64,000 bases of DNA, from NCBI GenBank assembly GCA_964016885.1, contig OZ024741.1:6262001-6326000 (forward strand), given 5' to 3'. This DNA is from Eledone cirrhosa. Lineage: Eukaryota. The notes beneath the pieces were generated by a model that was given only the letters and a program-made list of their open reading frames with translations, did no database searches and was not told where the DNA came from. The stretch's first letter is position 1. Each line of letters opens with the position of its first letter. The position numbers and the translations under genes were made by a program. Shown here piece after piece: positions 39,801 to 55,400 of this stretch.

Positions 39801-42800
39801 AAAGGTATTCTGTACCTGACAGGTATAAAGGTATTCTGTACCTGACAGGTATAAAGGTATTCTGTTCAAGACAGGTATAAAGGTATTATGTTCCTGACAA
39901 GTATAAAGGTATTTTGTTTCTGACAGGTATAAAGATATTCTGTTCCTGACAGGTATAAAGGTATTCTGTACCTGATAGATATAAAGGTATTCTGTACCTG
40001 ACAGCTGTAAAGGTATTCTGTTCCTGACAGATGTAAAGGTATTCTGTACCTGACAGGTATAAAGGTATTCTGTACCTGACAGGTATAAAGGTATTCTGTA
40101 CCTGACAGGTATAAAGGTATTCTGTACCTGAGAGATATAAAGGTATTCTGTACCTGACAGGTATAGAGGTATTCTGTACCTGACAAGTATAACGGTATTC
40201 TGTACCCGACAGGTATAAAGGTATTCTGTACCTGATAGATATAAAGGAATTCTGTACCTGACAGGTATAAATGTATTTTGTACCTGACAGGTATAAAGGT
40301 ATGCTGTACCTGACAGATGTAAAGGTATTCTGTACCTGACAGATGTAAAGGTATTCTGTACCTGACAGATGTAAAGGTATTCTGTACCTGACAGGTATAA
40401 AGGTATTCTGTACCCGACAGGTATAAAGGTATTCTGTCCCTGACAGATAAAAAGGTATTCTGTACCTGACAGATGTAAAGGTATTCTTTACCTGACAGGT
40501 ATAAAGGTATTTTGTACCTGACAGATGTAAAGGTATTCTGTTCCTGACAGATGTAAAGTTATTCTGTACCTGAGAGATGTAAAGGTATTCTGTTCCTGAC
40601 AGATATAAAGGTATTCTGTTCCTGACAGTTGTAAAGGTATTCTGTACCTGACAGATGTAAAGGTATTCTGTACCTGACAGGTATAAAGGTATTCTGTACG
40701 TGGCGGGTATAAAGGTATTCTGTAGGTGACAGATGTAAAGGTAATCTGTACCTGACAGGTATAAAGGTATTCTGTTCCTTACAGGTATAAAGGTATTCTG
40801 TTCCTGACAGATGTAAAGGTATTCTGTTCCTGACAGATGTAAAGGTATTCTGTACCTGACAGGTATAAAGGTATTCTGTACCTGACAGGTATAAAGGTAT
40901 TCTGTTCCTGACAGATGTAAAGGTATTCTGTACCTGACAGATGTAAAGGTATTCTGTAGCTGACAGGTATAAATTATTCTGTACCTGACTGGTATAAAGG
41001 TATTCTGTAAATGACAGGTATAAAGGTATTATGTTCCTGACAAGTATAAAGGTATTTTGTTTCTGACATGTATAAAGATATTCTGTTCCTGACAGGTATA
41101 AAGGTATTCTGTACCTGAGAGGTATAAAGGCATTCTGTTTATTGACAGGAATGAAGGTATTCTGTTCCTGACAGTTGTAAAGGTATTCTGTTTCTGACAG
41201 ATGTAAAGGTATTCTGTACCTGACAGGTATAAGGGTATTCTGTACCTGACAGATGTAAAGGCATTCTGTACCTGACAGATGTAAAGGTATTCTATACCTG
41301 ACAGGTATAAAGGTATTCTGTTCCTGACAGGTATAAAGGTATTCTGTACCTGACAGATGTAAAGGTATTCTGTACCTGACAGGTATAAAGGTATGCTGTA
41401 CCTGACAGGTATAAAGGTATTCTGTTCCTGAAAGGTATAAAAATATTCTGTACCTGGCAGATGTAAAGGTATTCTGTACCTGACAGGTATACAGGTATTC
41501 GGTACCTGACAGGTATAAAGGTATTCTGTTCCTGACAGATGTAAAGGTATTCTGTACCTGACAGGTATAAAGGTATTCTGTACCTGACAGGTATAAAGGT
41601 ATTCTGTTTCTGACAGGTATAGAGATATTCTGTACCTGACAGGTATAAAGGTATTCTGTACCTGACAGGTATAAAGGTATTCTGTACCTGACAGGTATAA
41701 AGGTATTCTGTACCTGACAGGTATAAAGGTATGCTGTATCTGACAGATGTAAAGGTATTCTGTACCTGACAGAGGTAAAGGTATTCTGTACCTGACAGGT
41801 ATAAAGGTATTCTGTACCTGACAGGTATAAAGGTATTCTGTTCAAGACAGGTATAAAGGTATTATGTTCCTGACAAGTATAAAGGTATTTTGTTTCTGAC
41901 AGGTATAAAGATATTCTGTTGCTGACAGGTATAAAGGTATTCTGTACCTGACAGGTATAAAGGCATTCTTAACCTGACAGGTATGAAGGTATTCTGTTCC
42001 TGACAGTTGTGAAGGTATTCTGTTCCTGACAGATGTAAAGGTATTCTGTACCTGACAGGTATAAGGGTATTCTGTACCTGACAGATGTAAAGGCATTCTG
42101 TACCTGACAGATGTAAAGGTATTCTGTACCTGACAGATGTAAAGGTATTCTGTACCTGACAGGTATAAGGTATTCTGTACTAGACAGATGTAAAGGTATT
42201 CTGTACCTGACAGGTATAAAGGTATTCTGTACCTGACAGATGTAAAGGTATTCTGTTCCTGACAGATATAAAGGTATTCTGTACCTGACAGATATAAAGG
42301 TATTCTGTACCTGACAGATGTAAAGGTATTCTGTAACTGACAGATGTAAAGGTATTCTGTTCCTGACAGATGTAAAGGTATTCTGTACCTGACAGATGTA
42401 AAGGTATTCTGTACCTGACAGGTATAAAGGTATTCTGTACCTGACAGGTATAAAGGTATTCTGTTTCTGACAGGTATAGAGATATTCTGTACCTGACAGG
42501 TATAAAGGTATTCTGTACCTGACAGGTATAAAGGTATTCTGTTCCTGACAGATGTAAAGGTATTCTGTACCTGACAGATGTAAAGGTATTCTGTACCTGA
42601 CAGGTATAAAGGTATTCTGTACCTGACAGGTATAAAGGTATTCTGTTTCTGACAGGTATAGAGATATTCTGTACCTGACAGGTATAAAGGTATTCTGTAC
42701 CTGACAGGTATGTAGGTATTCTGTACCTGACAGGTATAAAGGTATTCTGTACCTGACAGGTATAAAGGTATGCTGTATCTGACAGATGTAAAGGTATTCT

Positions 42801-45800
42801 GTACCTGACAGATGTAAAGGTATTCTGTACCTGACAGAGGTAAAGGTATTCTGTACCTGACAGGTATAAAGGTATTCTGTACCCGACAGGTATAAAGGTA
42901 TTCTGTCCCTGACAGATAAAAAGGTATTCTGTACCTGACAGATGTAAAGGTATTCTTTACCTGACAGGTATAAAGGTATTCTGTACCTGACAGATGTAAA
43001 GGTATTCTGTTCCTGACAGATGTAAAGTTATTCTGTACCTGAGAGATGTAAAGGTATTCTGTTCCTGACAGATATAAAGGTATTCTGTTCCTGACAGTTG
43101 TAAAGGTATTCTGTACCTGACAGATGTAAAGGTATTCTGTACCTGACAGGTATAAAGGTATTCTGTACGTGGCAGGTATAAAGGTATTCTGTAGGTGACA
43201 GATGTAAAGGTAATATGTACCTGACAGGTATAAAGGTATTCTGTTCCTTACAGGTATAAAGGTATTCTGTACCTGACAGATGTAAAGGTATTCTGTACCT
43301 GACAGGTATAAAGGTATTCTGTACCTGACAGGTATAAAGGTATTCTGTTCCTGACAGATGTAAAGGTATTCTGTTCCTGACAGATGTAAAGGTATTCTGT
43401 ACCTGACAGGTATAAAGGTATTCTGTACCTGACAGGTATAAAGGTATTCTGTTCCTGACAGATGTGAAGGTATTCTGTACCTGACAGATGTAAAGGTATT
43501 CTGTAGCTGACAGGTATAAATTATTCTGTACCTGACAGGTATAAAGGTATTCTGTAAATGACAGGTATAAAGGTATTATGTTCCTGACAAGTATAAAGGT
43601 ATTTTGTTTCTGACAGGTATAAAGATATTCTGTTCCTGACAGGTATAAAGGTATTCTGTACCTGAGAGGTATAAAGGCATTCTGTTTATTGACAGGAATG
43701 AAGGTATTCTGTTCCTGACAGTTGTAAAGGTATTCTGTTTCTGACAGATGTAAAGGTATTCTGTACCTGACAGGTATAAGGGTATTCTGTACCTGACAGA
43801 TGTAAAGGCATTCTGTACCTGACAGATGTAAAGGTATTCTGTACCTGACAGGTATAAAGGTATTCTGTTCCTGACAGGTATAAAGGTATTCTGTACCTGA
43901 CAGATGTAAAGGTATTCTGTTCCTGACAGATGTAAAGTTATTCTGTACCTGAGAGATGTAAAGTTATTCTGTTCCTGACAGATATAAAGGTATTCTGTTC
44001 CTGACAGATGTAAAGGTATTCTGTACCTGAGAGATGTAAAGGTATTCTGTTCCTGAGAGATATAAAGGTATTCTGTTCCTGACAGATGTAAAGGTATTTT
44101 GTACCTGACAGGTATAAAGGTATTTTGTACCTGACAGGAATAAAGGTATTCTGTACCTGACAGATGTAAAGGTATTCTGTACCTGACAGGTATAAATGTA
44201 TTCTGTACCTGACAGGTATAAAGGTATTCTGTTCCTTACAGGTATAAAGGTATTCTGTACCTGACAGATGTAAAGGTATTCTGTACCTGACAGGTATAAA
44301 GGTATTCTGTACCTGACAGGTATAAAGGTATTCTGTACCTGACAGATATAAAAGTATTCTGTACCTGACAGGTATAAAGGTATTCTGTACCTGACAGGTA
44401 TAAAGGTATTCTGTACCTGACAGGTATAACGGTATTCTGTTCCTGACAGATGTAAAGGTATTCTGTTCCTGACAGATGTAAAGGTATTCTGTACCTGACA
44501 GGTATAAAGGTATTCTGTACCTGACAGGTATAAAGGTATTCTGTTCCTGACAGATGTAAAGGTATTCTGTACCTGACAGATGTAAAGGTATTCTGTACCT
44601 GACAGGTATAAAGGTATTCTGTACCTGACAGGTATAAAGGTATTCTGTTCAAGACAGGTATAAAGGTATTATGTTCCTGACAAGTATAAAGGTATTTTGT
44701 TTCTGACAGGTATAAAGATATTCTGTTCCTGACAGGTATAAAGGTATTCTGTACCTGATAGATATAAAGGTATTCTGTACCTGACAGCTGTAAAGGTATT
44801 CTGTTCCTGACAGATGTAAAGGTATTCTGTACCTGACAGGTATAAAGGTATTCTGTACCTGACAGGTATAAAGGTATTCTGTACCTGACAGGTATAAAGG
44901 TATTCTGTACCTGAGAGATATAAAGGTATTCTGTACCTGACAGGTATAGAGGTATTCTGTACCTGACAAGTATAAAGGTATTCTGTACCCGACAGGTATA
45001 AAGGTATTCTGTACCTGATAGATATAAAGGAATTCTGTACCTGACAGGTATAAAGGTATTCTGTACCTGACAGGTATAAAGGTATGCTGTACCTGACAGA
45101 TGTAAAGGTATTCTGTACCTGACAGATGTAAAGGTATTCTGTACCTGACAGATGTAAAGGTATTCTGTACCTGACAGGTATAAAGGTATTCTGTACCCGA
45201 CAGGTATAAAGGTATTCTGTCCCTGACAGATAAAAAGGTATTCTGTACCTGACAGATGTAAAGGTATTCTTTACCTGACAGGTATAAAGGTATTTTGTAC
45301 CTGACAGATGTAAAGGTATTCTGTTCCTGACAGATGTAAAGTTATTCTGTACCTGAGAGATGTAAAGGTATTCTGTTCCTGACAGATATAAAGGTATTCT
45401 GTTCCTGACAGTTGTAAAGGTATTCTGTACCTGACAGATGTAAAGGTATTCTGTACCTGACAGGTATAAAGGTATTCTGTACGTGGCAGGTATAAAGGTA
45501 TTCTGTAGGTGACAGATGTAAAGGTAATCTGTACCTGACAGGTATAAAGGTATTCTGTTCCTTACAGGTATAAAGGTATTCTGTACCTGACAGATGTAAA
45601 GGTATTCTGTACCTGACAGGTATAAAGGTATTCTGTACCTGACAGGTATAAAGGTATTCTGTTCCTGACAGATGTAAAGGTATTCTGTTCCTGACAGATG
45701 TAAAGGTATTCTGTACCTGACAGGTATAAAGGTATTCTGTACCTGACAGGTATAAAGGTATTCTGTTCCTGACAGATGTAAAGGTATTCTGTACCTGACA

Positions 45801-46430
45801 GATGTAAAGGTATTCTGTAGCTGACAGGTATAAATTATTCTGTACCTGACTGGTATAAAGGTATTCTGTAAATGACAGGTATAAAGGTATTATGTTCCTG
45901 ACAAGTATAAAGGTATTTTGTTTCTGACATGTATAAAGATATTCTGTTCCTGACAGGTATAAAGGTATTCTGTACCTGAGAGGTATAAAGGCATTCTGTT
46001 TATTGACAGGAATGAAGGTATTCTGTTCCTGACAGTTGTAAAGGTATTCTGTTTCTGACAGATGTAAAGGTATTCTGTACCTGACAGGTATAAGGGTATT
46101 CTGTACCTGACAGATGTAAAGGCATTCTGTACCTGACAGATGTAAAGGTATTCTATACCTGACAGGTATAAAGGTATTCTGTTCCTGACAGGTATAAAGG
46201 TATTCTGTACCTGACAGATGTAAAGGTATTCTGTACCTGACAGGTATAAAGGTATGCTGTACCTGACAGGTATAAAGGTATTCTGTTCCTGAAAGGTATA
46301 AAAATATTCTGTACCTGGCAGATGTAAAGGTATTCTGTACCTGACAGGTATACAGGTATTCGGTACCTGACAGGTATAAAGGTATTCTGTTCCTGACAGA
46401 TGTAAAGGTATTCTGTACCTGACAGGTATA
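36900..46430. repeat. Higher-order tandem duplication, ~4.6-4.9 kb, 2 copies with internal monomer-multiple indels
   Basis: Landmarks 37241/41842 (4601), 39453/44236 and 39866/44649 (4783). Boundaries are approximate. Confidence 0.85.
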
Positions 46431-49400
46431 AACGTATTCTGTACCTGACAGGTATAAAGGTATTCTGTACCTGACAGATAAAAAGGTATTCTGTACCTGA
46501 CAGGTATAAAGGTATTCTGTACCTGACAGGTATAAAGGTATTCTGTACCTGACAGGTATAAAGGTATTCTGTACCTGAGAGATATAAAGGTATTCTGTAC
46601 CTGAAAGGTATAAGGGTATTCTGTACCTGACAGGTATAAAGGTATTCTGTACCTGACAGGTATAAAGGTATGCTGTACCTGACAGATGTAAAGGTATTCT
46701 GTACCTGACAGATGTAAAGGTATTCTGTACCTGACAGATGTAAAGGTATTCTGTACCTGACAGGTATAAAGGTATTCTCTACCTGACAGGTATAAAGGTA
46801 TTCTGTACCTGACAGATAAAAAGGTATTCTGTACCTGACAGATGTAAAGGTATTCTTTACCTGACAGGTATAAAGGTATTCTGTACCTGACAGATGTAAA
46901 GGTATTCTGTTCCTGACAGATGTAAAGTTATTCTGTACCTGAGAGATGTAAAGGTATTCTGTTCCTGACAGTTATAAAGGTATTCTGTTCCTGACAGATG
47001 TAAAGGTATTCTGTACCTGACAGATGTAAAGGTATTTTGTACCTGACAGGTATAAAGGTATTCTGTACCTGACAGGTATAAAGGTATTGTGTTAGCTGAC
47101 AAATGTAAAGGTATTCTGTACCTGACAGGTATAAATGTATTCTGTACCTGACAGGTATAAAGGTTTTCTGTTCCTTACAGGTATAAAGGTATTCTGTACC
47201 TGACAGATGTAAAGGTATTCTGTACCTGACAGGTATAAAGGTATTCTGTACCTGACAGTTATAAAGGTATTCTGTACCTGACAGATATAAAAGTATTCTG
47301 TACCTGACAGGTATAAAGGTATTCTGTACATGACAGGTATAAAGGTTTTCTGTTCCTGACATATGTAAAGGTATTCTGTACCTGAGAGATGTAAAGGTAT
47401 TCTGTTCCTGACAGGTATAAAGGTGTTCTGTACCTGACAGGTATAAAGGTATTCTGTTCCTGACAGATGTAAAGGTATTCTGTTCCTGACAGATGTAAAG
47501 GTATTCTGTACCTGACAGGTATAAAGGTATTATGTACCTGACAGGTATAAAGGTATTCTGTTCCTGACAGATGTAAAGGTATTCTGTACCTGACAGAGGT
47601 AAAGGTATTCTGTACCTGACAGGTATAAAGGTATTCTGTACCTGACAGGTATAAATGTATTCTGTTCAAGACAGGTATAAAGGTATTATGTTCCTGACAA
47701 GTATAAAGGTATTTTGTTTCTGACAGGTATAAAGATATTCTGTTGCTGACAGGTATAAAGGTATTCTGTACCTGACAGGTATAAAGGCATTTTGTACCTG
47801 ACAGGTATGAAGGTATTCTGTTCCTGACAGTTGTGAAGGTATTCTGTTCCTGACAGATGTAAAGGTATTCTGTACCTTACAGGTATAAGGGTATTCTGTA
47901 CCTGACAGATGTAAAGGCATTCTGTACCTGACAGATGTAAAGGTATTCTGTACCTGACAGATGTAAATGTATTCTGTACCTGATAGGTATAAAGGTATTC
48001 TGTACCTGACAGATGTAAAGGTATTCTGTTCCTGACAGATATAAAGGTATTCTGTACCTGACAGATATAAAGGTATTCTGTACCTGACAGATGTAAAGGT
48101 ATTCTGTAACTGACAGATGTAAAGGTATTCTGTTCCTGACAGATGTAAAGGTATTCTGTACCTGACAGGTATAAATGTATTCTGTACCTGACAGGTATAA
48201 AGGTATTCTGTTCCTGACAGATGTAAAGGTATTCTGTACCTGACAGATGTAAATGTATTCTGTACCTGACAGGTATAAAGGTATTCTGTACCTGACAGGT
48301 ATAAAGGTATTCTGTTTCTGACAGGTATAGAGATATTCTGTACCTGACAGGTATAAAGGTATTCTGTACCTGACAGGTATAAAGGTATTCTGTACCTGAC
48401 AGGTATAAAGGTATTCTGTACCTGACAGGTATAAAGGTATGCTGTATCTGACAGATGTAAAGGTATTCTGTACCTGACAGATGTAAAGGTATTCTGTACC
48501 TGACAGAGGTAAAGGTATTCTGTACCTGACAGGTATAAAGGTATTCTGTATCCGACAGGTATAAAGGTATTCTGTCCCTGACAGATAAAAAGGTATTCTG
48601 TACCTGACAGATGTAAAGGTATTCTTTACCTGACAGGTATAAAGGTATTCTGTACCTGACAGATGTAAAGGTATTCTGTTCCTGACAGATGTAAAGTTAT
48701 TCTGTACCTGAGAGATGTAAAGTTATTCTGTTCCTGACAGATATAAAGGTATTCTGTTCCTGACAGATGTAAAGGTATTCTGTACCTGAGAGATGTAAAG
48801 GTATTCTGTTCCTGAGAGATATAAAGGTATTCTGTTCCTGACAGATGTAAAGGTATTTTGTACCTGACAGGTATAAAGGTATTTTGTACCTGACAGGAAT
48901 AAAGGTATTCTGTACCTGACAGATGTAAAGGTATTCTGTACCTGACAGGTATAAATGTATTCTGTAGCTGACAGGTATAAAGGTATTCTGTTCCTTACAG
49001 GTATAAAGGTATTCTGTACCTGACAGATGTAAAGGTATTCTGTACCTGAGAGGTATAAAGGTATTCTGTACCTGACAGGTATAAAGGTATTCTGTACCTG
49101 ACAGATATAAAAGTATTCTTTACCTGACAGGTATAAAGGTATTCTGTACCTGACAGGTATAACGGTATTCTGTTCCTGACAGATGTAAAGGTATTCTGTT
49201 CCTGACAGATGTAAAGGTATTCTGTACCTGACAGGTATAAAGGTATTCTGTACCTGACAGGTATAAATGTATTCTGTTCCTGACAGATGTAAAGGTATTC
49301 TGTACCTGACAGATGTAAAGGTATTCTGTACCTGACAGGAATAAAGGTATTCTGTACCTGACAGGTATAAAGGTATTCTGTTCAAGACAGGTATAAAGGT

Positions 49401-52400
49401 ATTATGTTCCTGACAAGTATAAAGGTATTTTGTTTCTGACAGGTATAAAGATATTCTGTTCCTGACAGGTTTAAAGGTATTCTGTACCTGACAGGTATAA
49501 AGGCATTCTGTACCTGACAGGTATGAAGGTATTCTGTTCCTAATAGTTGTAAAGGTATTCTGTTCCTGACAGATGTAAAGGTATTCTGTACCTGACAGGT
49601 ATAAGGGTATTCTGTACCTGACAGATGTAAAGGCATTCTGTACATGAGAGATGTAAAGGTATTCTGTACCTGACAGATGTAAAGGTATTCTGTACCTGAC
49701 AGGTATAAAGGTATTCTGTACTAGACAGATGTAAAGGTATTCTGTACCTGACAGATAAAAAGGTGTTCTGTTCCTGACAGGTATAAAGGTATTCTGTTCC
49801 TGACAGATGTAAAGGTATTCTGTACCTGATAGATATAAAGGTATTCTGTACCTGACAGGTATAAAGGTATTCTGTACCTGACAGATGTAAAGGTATTCTG
49901 TACCTGACAGGTATAAAGGTATTCTGCACTAGACAGATGTAAAGGTATTCTGCACCTGACAGGTATAAAGGTATTCTGTACCTGACAGGTATAAAGGTAT
50001 TCTGTACCTGATAGATATAAAGGTATTCTGTACCTGACAGCTGTAAAGGTATTCTGTTCCTGACAGATATAAAGGTATTCTGTACCTGACAGATATAAAG
50101 GTATTCTGTACCTGACAGATGTAATGGTATTCTGTAACTGACAGATGTAAAGGTATTCTATTCCTGACAGATGTAAAGGTATTCTGTACCTGACAGGTAT
50201 AAAGGTATTCTGTACCTGACAGGTATAAAGGTATCCTGTTCCTGACAGATGTAAAGGTATTCTGTATCTGACAGATGTAAAGGTATTCTGTACCTGACAG
50301 GTATAAAGGTATTCTGTACCTGACAGGTATAAAGGTATTCTGTTTCTGACAGGTATAGAGGTATTCTGTACCTGACAGGTATAAAGGTATTCTGTACCTG
50401 ACAGGTATAGAGGTATTCTGTACCTGACAGGTATAAAGGTATTCTGTACCTGACAGGTATAAAGGTATTCTGTACCTGAGAGATATAAAGGTATTCTGTA
50501 CCTGACAGGTATAAAGGTATTCTGTACCTGACAGGTATGATGGTATTCTGTACCCGACAGGTATAAAGGTATTCTGTACCTGAGAGATATAAAGGTATTC
50601 TCTACCTGACAGGTATAAAGGTATTCTGTACCTGACAGGTATAAAGGTATGCTGTACCTGACAGATGTAAAGGTATTCTGTACCTGACAGATGTAAAGGT
50701 ATTCTGTACCTGACAGATATAAAGGTATTCTGTACCTGACAGATATAAAGTTATTCTTTTCCTGACAGGTGTAAAGGTATTCTGTACCTGACAGGTATAA
50801 AGGTATTCTGTACCTGACAGGTATAAAGTTATTCTTTCCCTGACAGGTATAAAGGTATTCTGTACCTGATAGATATAAAGGTATTCTGTACCTGACAGAT
50901 GCAAAGGTATTCTGTTCCTGACAGATGTAAAGGTATTCTTTACCTGACAGGTATAAAGGTATTCTCTACCTGACAGATGTAAAGGTATTATGTTCCTGAC
51001 AAATGTAAAGTTATTTTGTACCTGACAGATGTAAAGGTATTCTGTTCCTGACAGATATAAAGGTATTCTGTTCCTGACAGATGTAAAGGTATTCTGTACC
51101 TGACAGATGTAAAGGTATTCTGTACCTGACAGGTATAAAGGTATTCTGTACCTGACAGGTATAAAGGTATTCTGTACCTGACAGATGTAAAGGTATTCTG
51201 TTCCTGACAGGTATAAAGGTATTCTGTACCTGACAGATGTAAAGGTATTCTGTAGCTGACAGATGTAAAGGTATTCTGTACCAGACGGGTATAAAGGTAT
51301 TCTGTTCAAGACAGGTATAAAAGTATTATGTTCCTGACAGTTATAAAGGTATTTTGTTTCTGACAGGTATAAAGATATTCTGTTCCTGACGAGTATAAAG
51401 GTATTCTGTACCTGACAGGTATAAAGGCATTCTGTACCTGACAGATGTAAAGGTATTCTGTACCTGACAGGTATAAGGGTATTCTGTACCTGACAGATGT
51501 AAAGGCATTCTGTTCCTGACAGATGTAAAGCTATTCTGTACCTGACAGATGTAAAGGTATTCTGTACCTGACAGGTATAAAGGTATTCTGTACCTGACAG
51601 ATGTAAATATATTCTGTACCTGACAGGTATAAAGGTATTCTGTTCCTGACAGATGTAAAGGTATTCTGTTCCTGACAGATGTAAAGGTATTCTGTACCTG
51701 ACAGGTATAAGGGTATTCTGTCCCTGACAGATAAAAAGGTATTCTGTACCTGACAGATGTAAAGGTATTCTTTACCTGACAGGTATAAAGGTATTTTGTA
51801 CCTGACAGATGTAAAGGTATTCTGTTCCTGACAGATGTAAAGTTATTCTGTACCTGAGAGATGTAAAGGTATTCTGTTCCTGACAGATATAAAGGTATTC
51901 TGTTCCTGACAGTTGTAAAGGTATTCTGTACCTGACAGATGTAAAGGTATTCTGTACCTGACAGGTATAAAGGTATTCTGTACGTGGCAGGTATAAAGGT
52001 ATTCTGTAGGTGACAGATGTAAAGGTAATCTGTACCTGACAGGTATAAAGGTATTCTGTACCTGACAGATGTAAAGGTATTCTGTACCTGACAGGTATAA
52101 AGGTATTCTGTACCTGACAGGTATAAAGGTATTCTGTTCCTGACAGATGTAAAGGTATTCTGTTCCTGACAGATGTAAAGGTATTCTGTACCTGACAGGT
52201 ATAAAGGTATTCTGTACCTGACAGGTATAAAGGTATTCTGTTCCTGACAGATGTAAAGGTATTCTGTACCTGACAGATGTAAAGGTATTCTGTAGCTGAC
52301 AGGTATAAATTATTCTGTACCTGACTGGTATAAAGGTATTCTGTAAATGACAGGTATAAAGGTATTATGTTCCTGACAAGTATAAAGGTATTTTGTTTCT

Positions 52401-55400
52401 GACATGTATAAAGATATTCTGTTCCTGACAGGTATAAAGGTATTCTGTACCTGAGAGGTATAAAGGCATTCTGTTTATTGACAGGAATGAGGGTATTCTG
52501 TTCCTGACAGTTGTAAAGGTATTCTGTTTCTGACAGATGTAAAGGTATTCTGTACCTGACAGGTATAAGGGTATTCTGTACCTGACAGATGTAAAGGCAT
52601 TCTGTACCTGACAGATGTAAAGGTATTCTATACCTGACAGGTATAAAGGTATTCTGTTCCTGACAGGTATAAAGGTATTCTGTACCTGACAGATGTAAAG
52701 GTATTCTGTACCTGACAGGTATAAAGGTATGCTGTACCTGACAGGTATAAAGGTATTCTGTTCCTGAAAGGTATAAAAATATTCTGTACCTGGCAGATGT
52801 AAAGGTATTCTGTACCTGACAGGTATACAGGTATTCGGTACCTGACAGGTATAAAGGTATTCTGTTCCTGACAGATGTAAAGGTATTCTGTACCTGACAG
52901 GTATAAACGTATTCTGTACCTGACAGGTATAAAGGTATTCTGTACCTGACAGATAAAAAGGTATTCTGTACCTGACAGGTATAAAGGTATTCTGTACCTG
53001 ACAGGTATAAAGGTATTCTGTACCTGACAGGTATAAAGGTATTCTGTACCTGAGAGATATAAAGGTATTCTGTACCTGAAAGGTATAAGGGTATTCTGTA
53101 CCTGACAGGTATAAAGGCATTCTGTACCTGACAGGTATAAAGGTATGCTGTACCTGACAGATGTAAAGGTATTCTGTACCTGACAGATGTAAAGGTATTC
53201 TGTACCTGACAGATGTAAAGGTATTCTGTACCTGACAGGTATAAAGGTATTCTCTACCTGACAGGTATAAAGGTATTCTGTACCTGACAGATAAAAAGGT
53301 ATTCTGTACCTGACAGATGTAAAGGTATTCTTTACCTGACAGGTATAAAGGTATTCTGTACCTGACAGATGTAAAGGTATTCTGTTCCTGACAGATGTAA
53401 AGTTATTCTGTACCTGAGAGATGTAAAGGTATTCTGTTCCTGACAGTTATAAAGGTATTCTGTTCCTGACAGATGTAAAGGTATTCTGTACCTGACAGAT
53501 GTAAAGGTATTTTGTACCTGACAGGTATAAAGGTATTCTGTACCTGACAGGTATAAAGGTATTGTGTTAGCTGACAAATGTAAAGGTATTCTGTACCTGA
53601 CAGGTATAAATGTATTCTGTACCTGACAGGTATAAAGGTTTTCTGTTCCTTACAGGTATAAAGGTATTCTGTACCTGACAGATGTAAAGGTGTTCTGTAC
53701 CTGACAGGTATAAAGGTATTCTGTACCTGACAGTTATAAAGGTATTCTGTACCTGACAGATATAAAAGTATTCTGTACCTGACAGGTATAAAGGTATTCT
53801 GTACATGACAGGTATAAAGGTTTTCTGTTCCTGACATATGTAAAGGTATTCTGTACCTGAGAGATGTAAAGGTATTCTGTTCCTGACAGGTATAAAGGTG
53901 TTCTGTACCTGACAGGTATAAAGGTATTCTGTTCCTGACAGATGTAAAGGTATTCTGTTCCTGACAGATGTAAAGGTATTCTGTACCTGACAGGTATAAA
54001 GGTATTCTGTACCTGACAGGTATAAAGGTATTCTGTTCCTGACAGATGTAAAGGTATTCTGTACCTGACAGAGGTAAAGGTATTCTGTACCTGACAGGTA
54101 TAAAGGTATTCTGTACCTGACAGGTATAAAGGTATTCTGTTCAAGACAGGTATAAAGGTATTATGTTCCTGACAAGTATAAAGGTATTTTGTTTCTGACA
54201 GGTATAAAGATATTCTGTTGCTGACAGGTATAAAGGTATTCTGTACCTGACAGGTATAAAGGCATTTTGTACCTGACAGGTATGAAGGTATTCTGTTCCT
54301 GACAGTTGTGAAGGTATTCTGTTCCTGACAGATGTAAAGGTATTCTGTACCTGACAGGTATAAGGGTATTCTGTACCTGACAGATGTAAAGGCATTCTGT
54401 ACCTGACAGATGTAAAGGTATTCTGTACCTGACAGATGTAAAGGTATTCTGTACCTGACAGGTATAAGGTATTCTGTACTAGACAGATGTAAATGTATTC
54501 TGTACCTGATAGGTATAAAGGTATTCTGTACCTGACAGATGTAAAGGTATTCTGTTCCTGACAGATATAAAGGTATTCTGTACCTGACAGATATAAAGGT
54601 ATTCTGTACCTGACAGATGTAAAGGTATTCTGTAACTGACAGATGTAAAGGTATTCTGTTCCTGACAGATGTAAAGGTATTCTGTACCTGACAGGTATAA
54701 ATGTATTCTGTACCTGACAGGTATAAAGGTATTCTGTTCCTGACAGATGTAAAGGTATTCTGTACCTGACAGATGTAAAGGTATTCTGTACCTGACAGGT
54801 ATAAAGGTATTCTGTACCTGACAGGTATAAAGGTATTCTGTTTCTGACAGGTATAGAGATATTCTGTACCTGACAGGTATAAAGGTATTCTGTACCTGAC
54901 AGGTATAAAGGTATTCTGTACCTGACAGGTATAAAGGTATTCTGTACCTGACAGGTATAAAGGTATGCTGTATCTGACAGATGTAAAGGTATTCTGTACC
55001 TGACAGATGTAAAGGTATTCTGTACCTGACAGAGGTAAAGGTATTCTGTACCTGACAGGTATAAAGGTATTCTGTACCCGACAGGTATAAAGGTATTCTG
55101 TCCCTGACAGATAAAAAGGTATTCTGTACCTGACAGATGTAAAGGTATTCTTTACCTGACAGGTATAAAGGTATTCTGTACCTGACAGATGTAAAGGTAT
55201 TCTGTTCCTGACAGATGTAAAGTTATTCTGTACCTGAGAGATGTAAAGTTATTCTGTTCCTGACAGATATAAAGGTATTCTGTTCCTGACAGATGTAAAG
55301 GTATTCTGTACCTGAGAGATGTAAAGGTATTCTGTTCCTGAGAGATATAAAGGTATTCTGTTCCTGACAGATGTAAAGGTATTTTGTACCTGACAGGTAT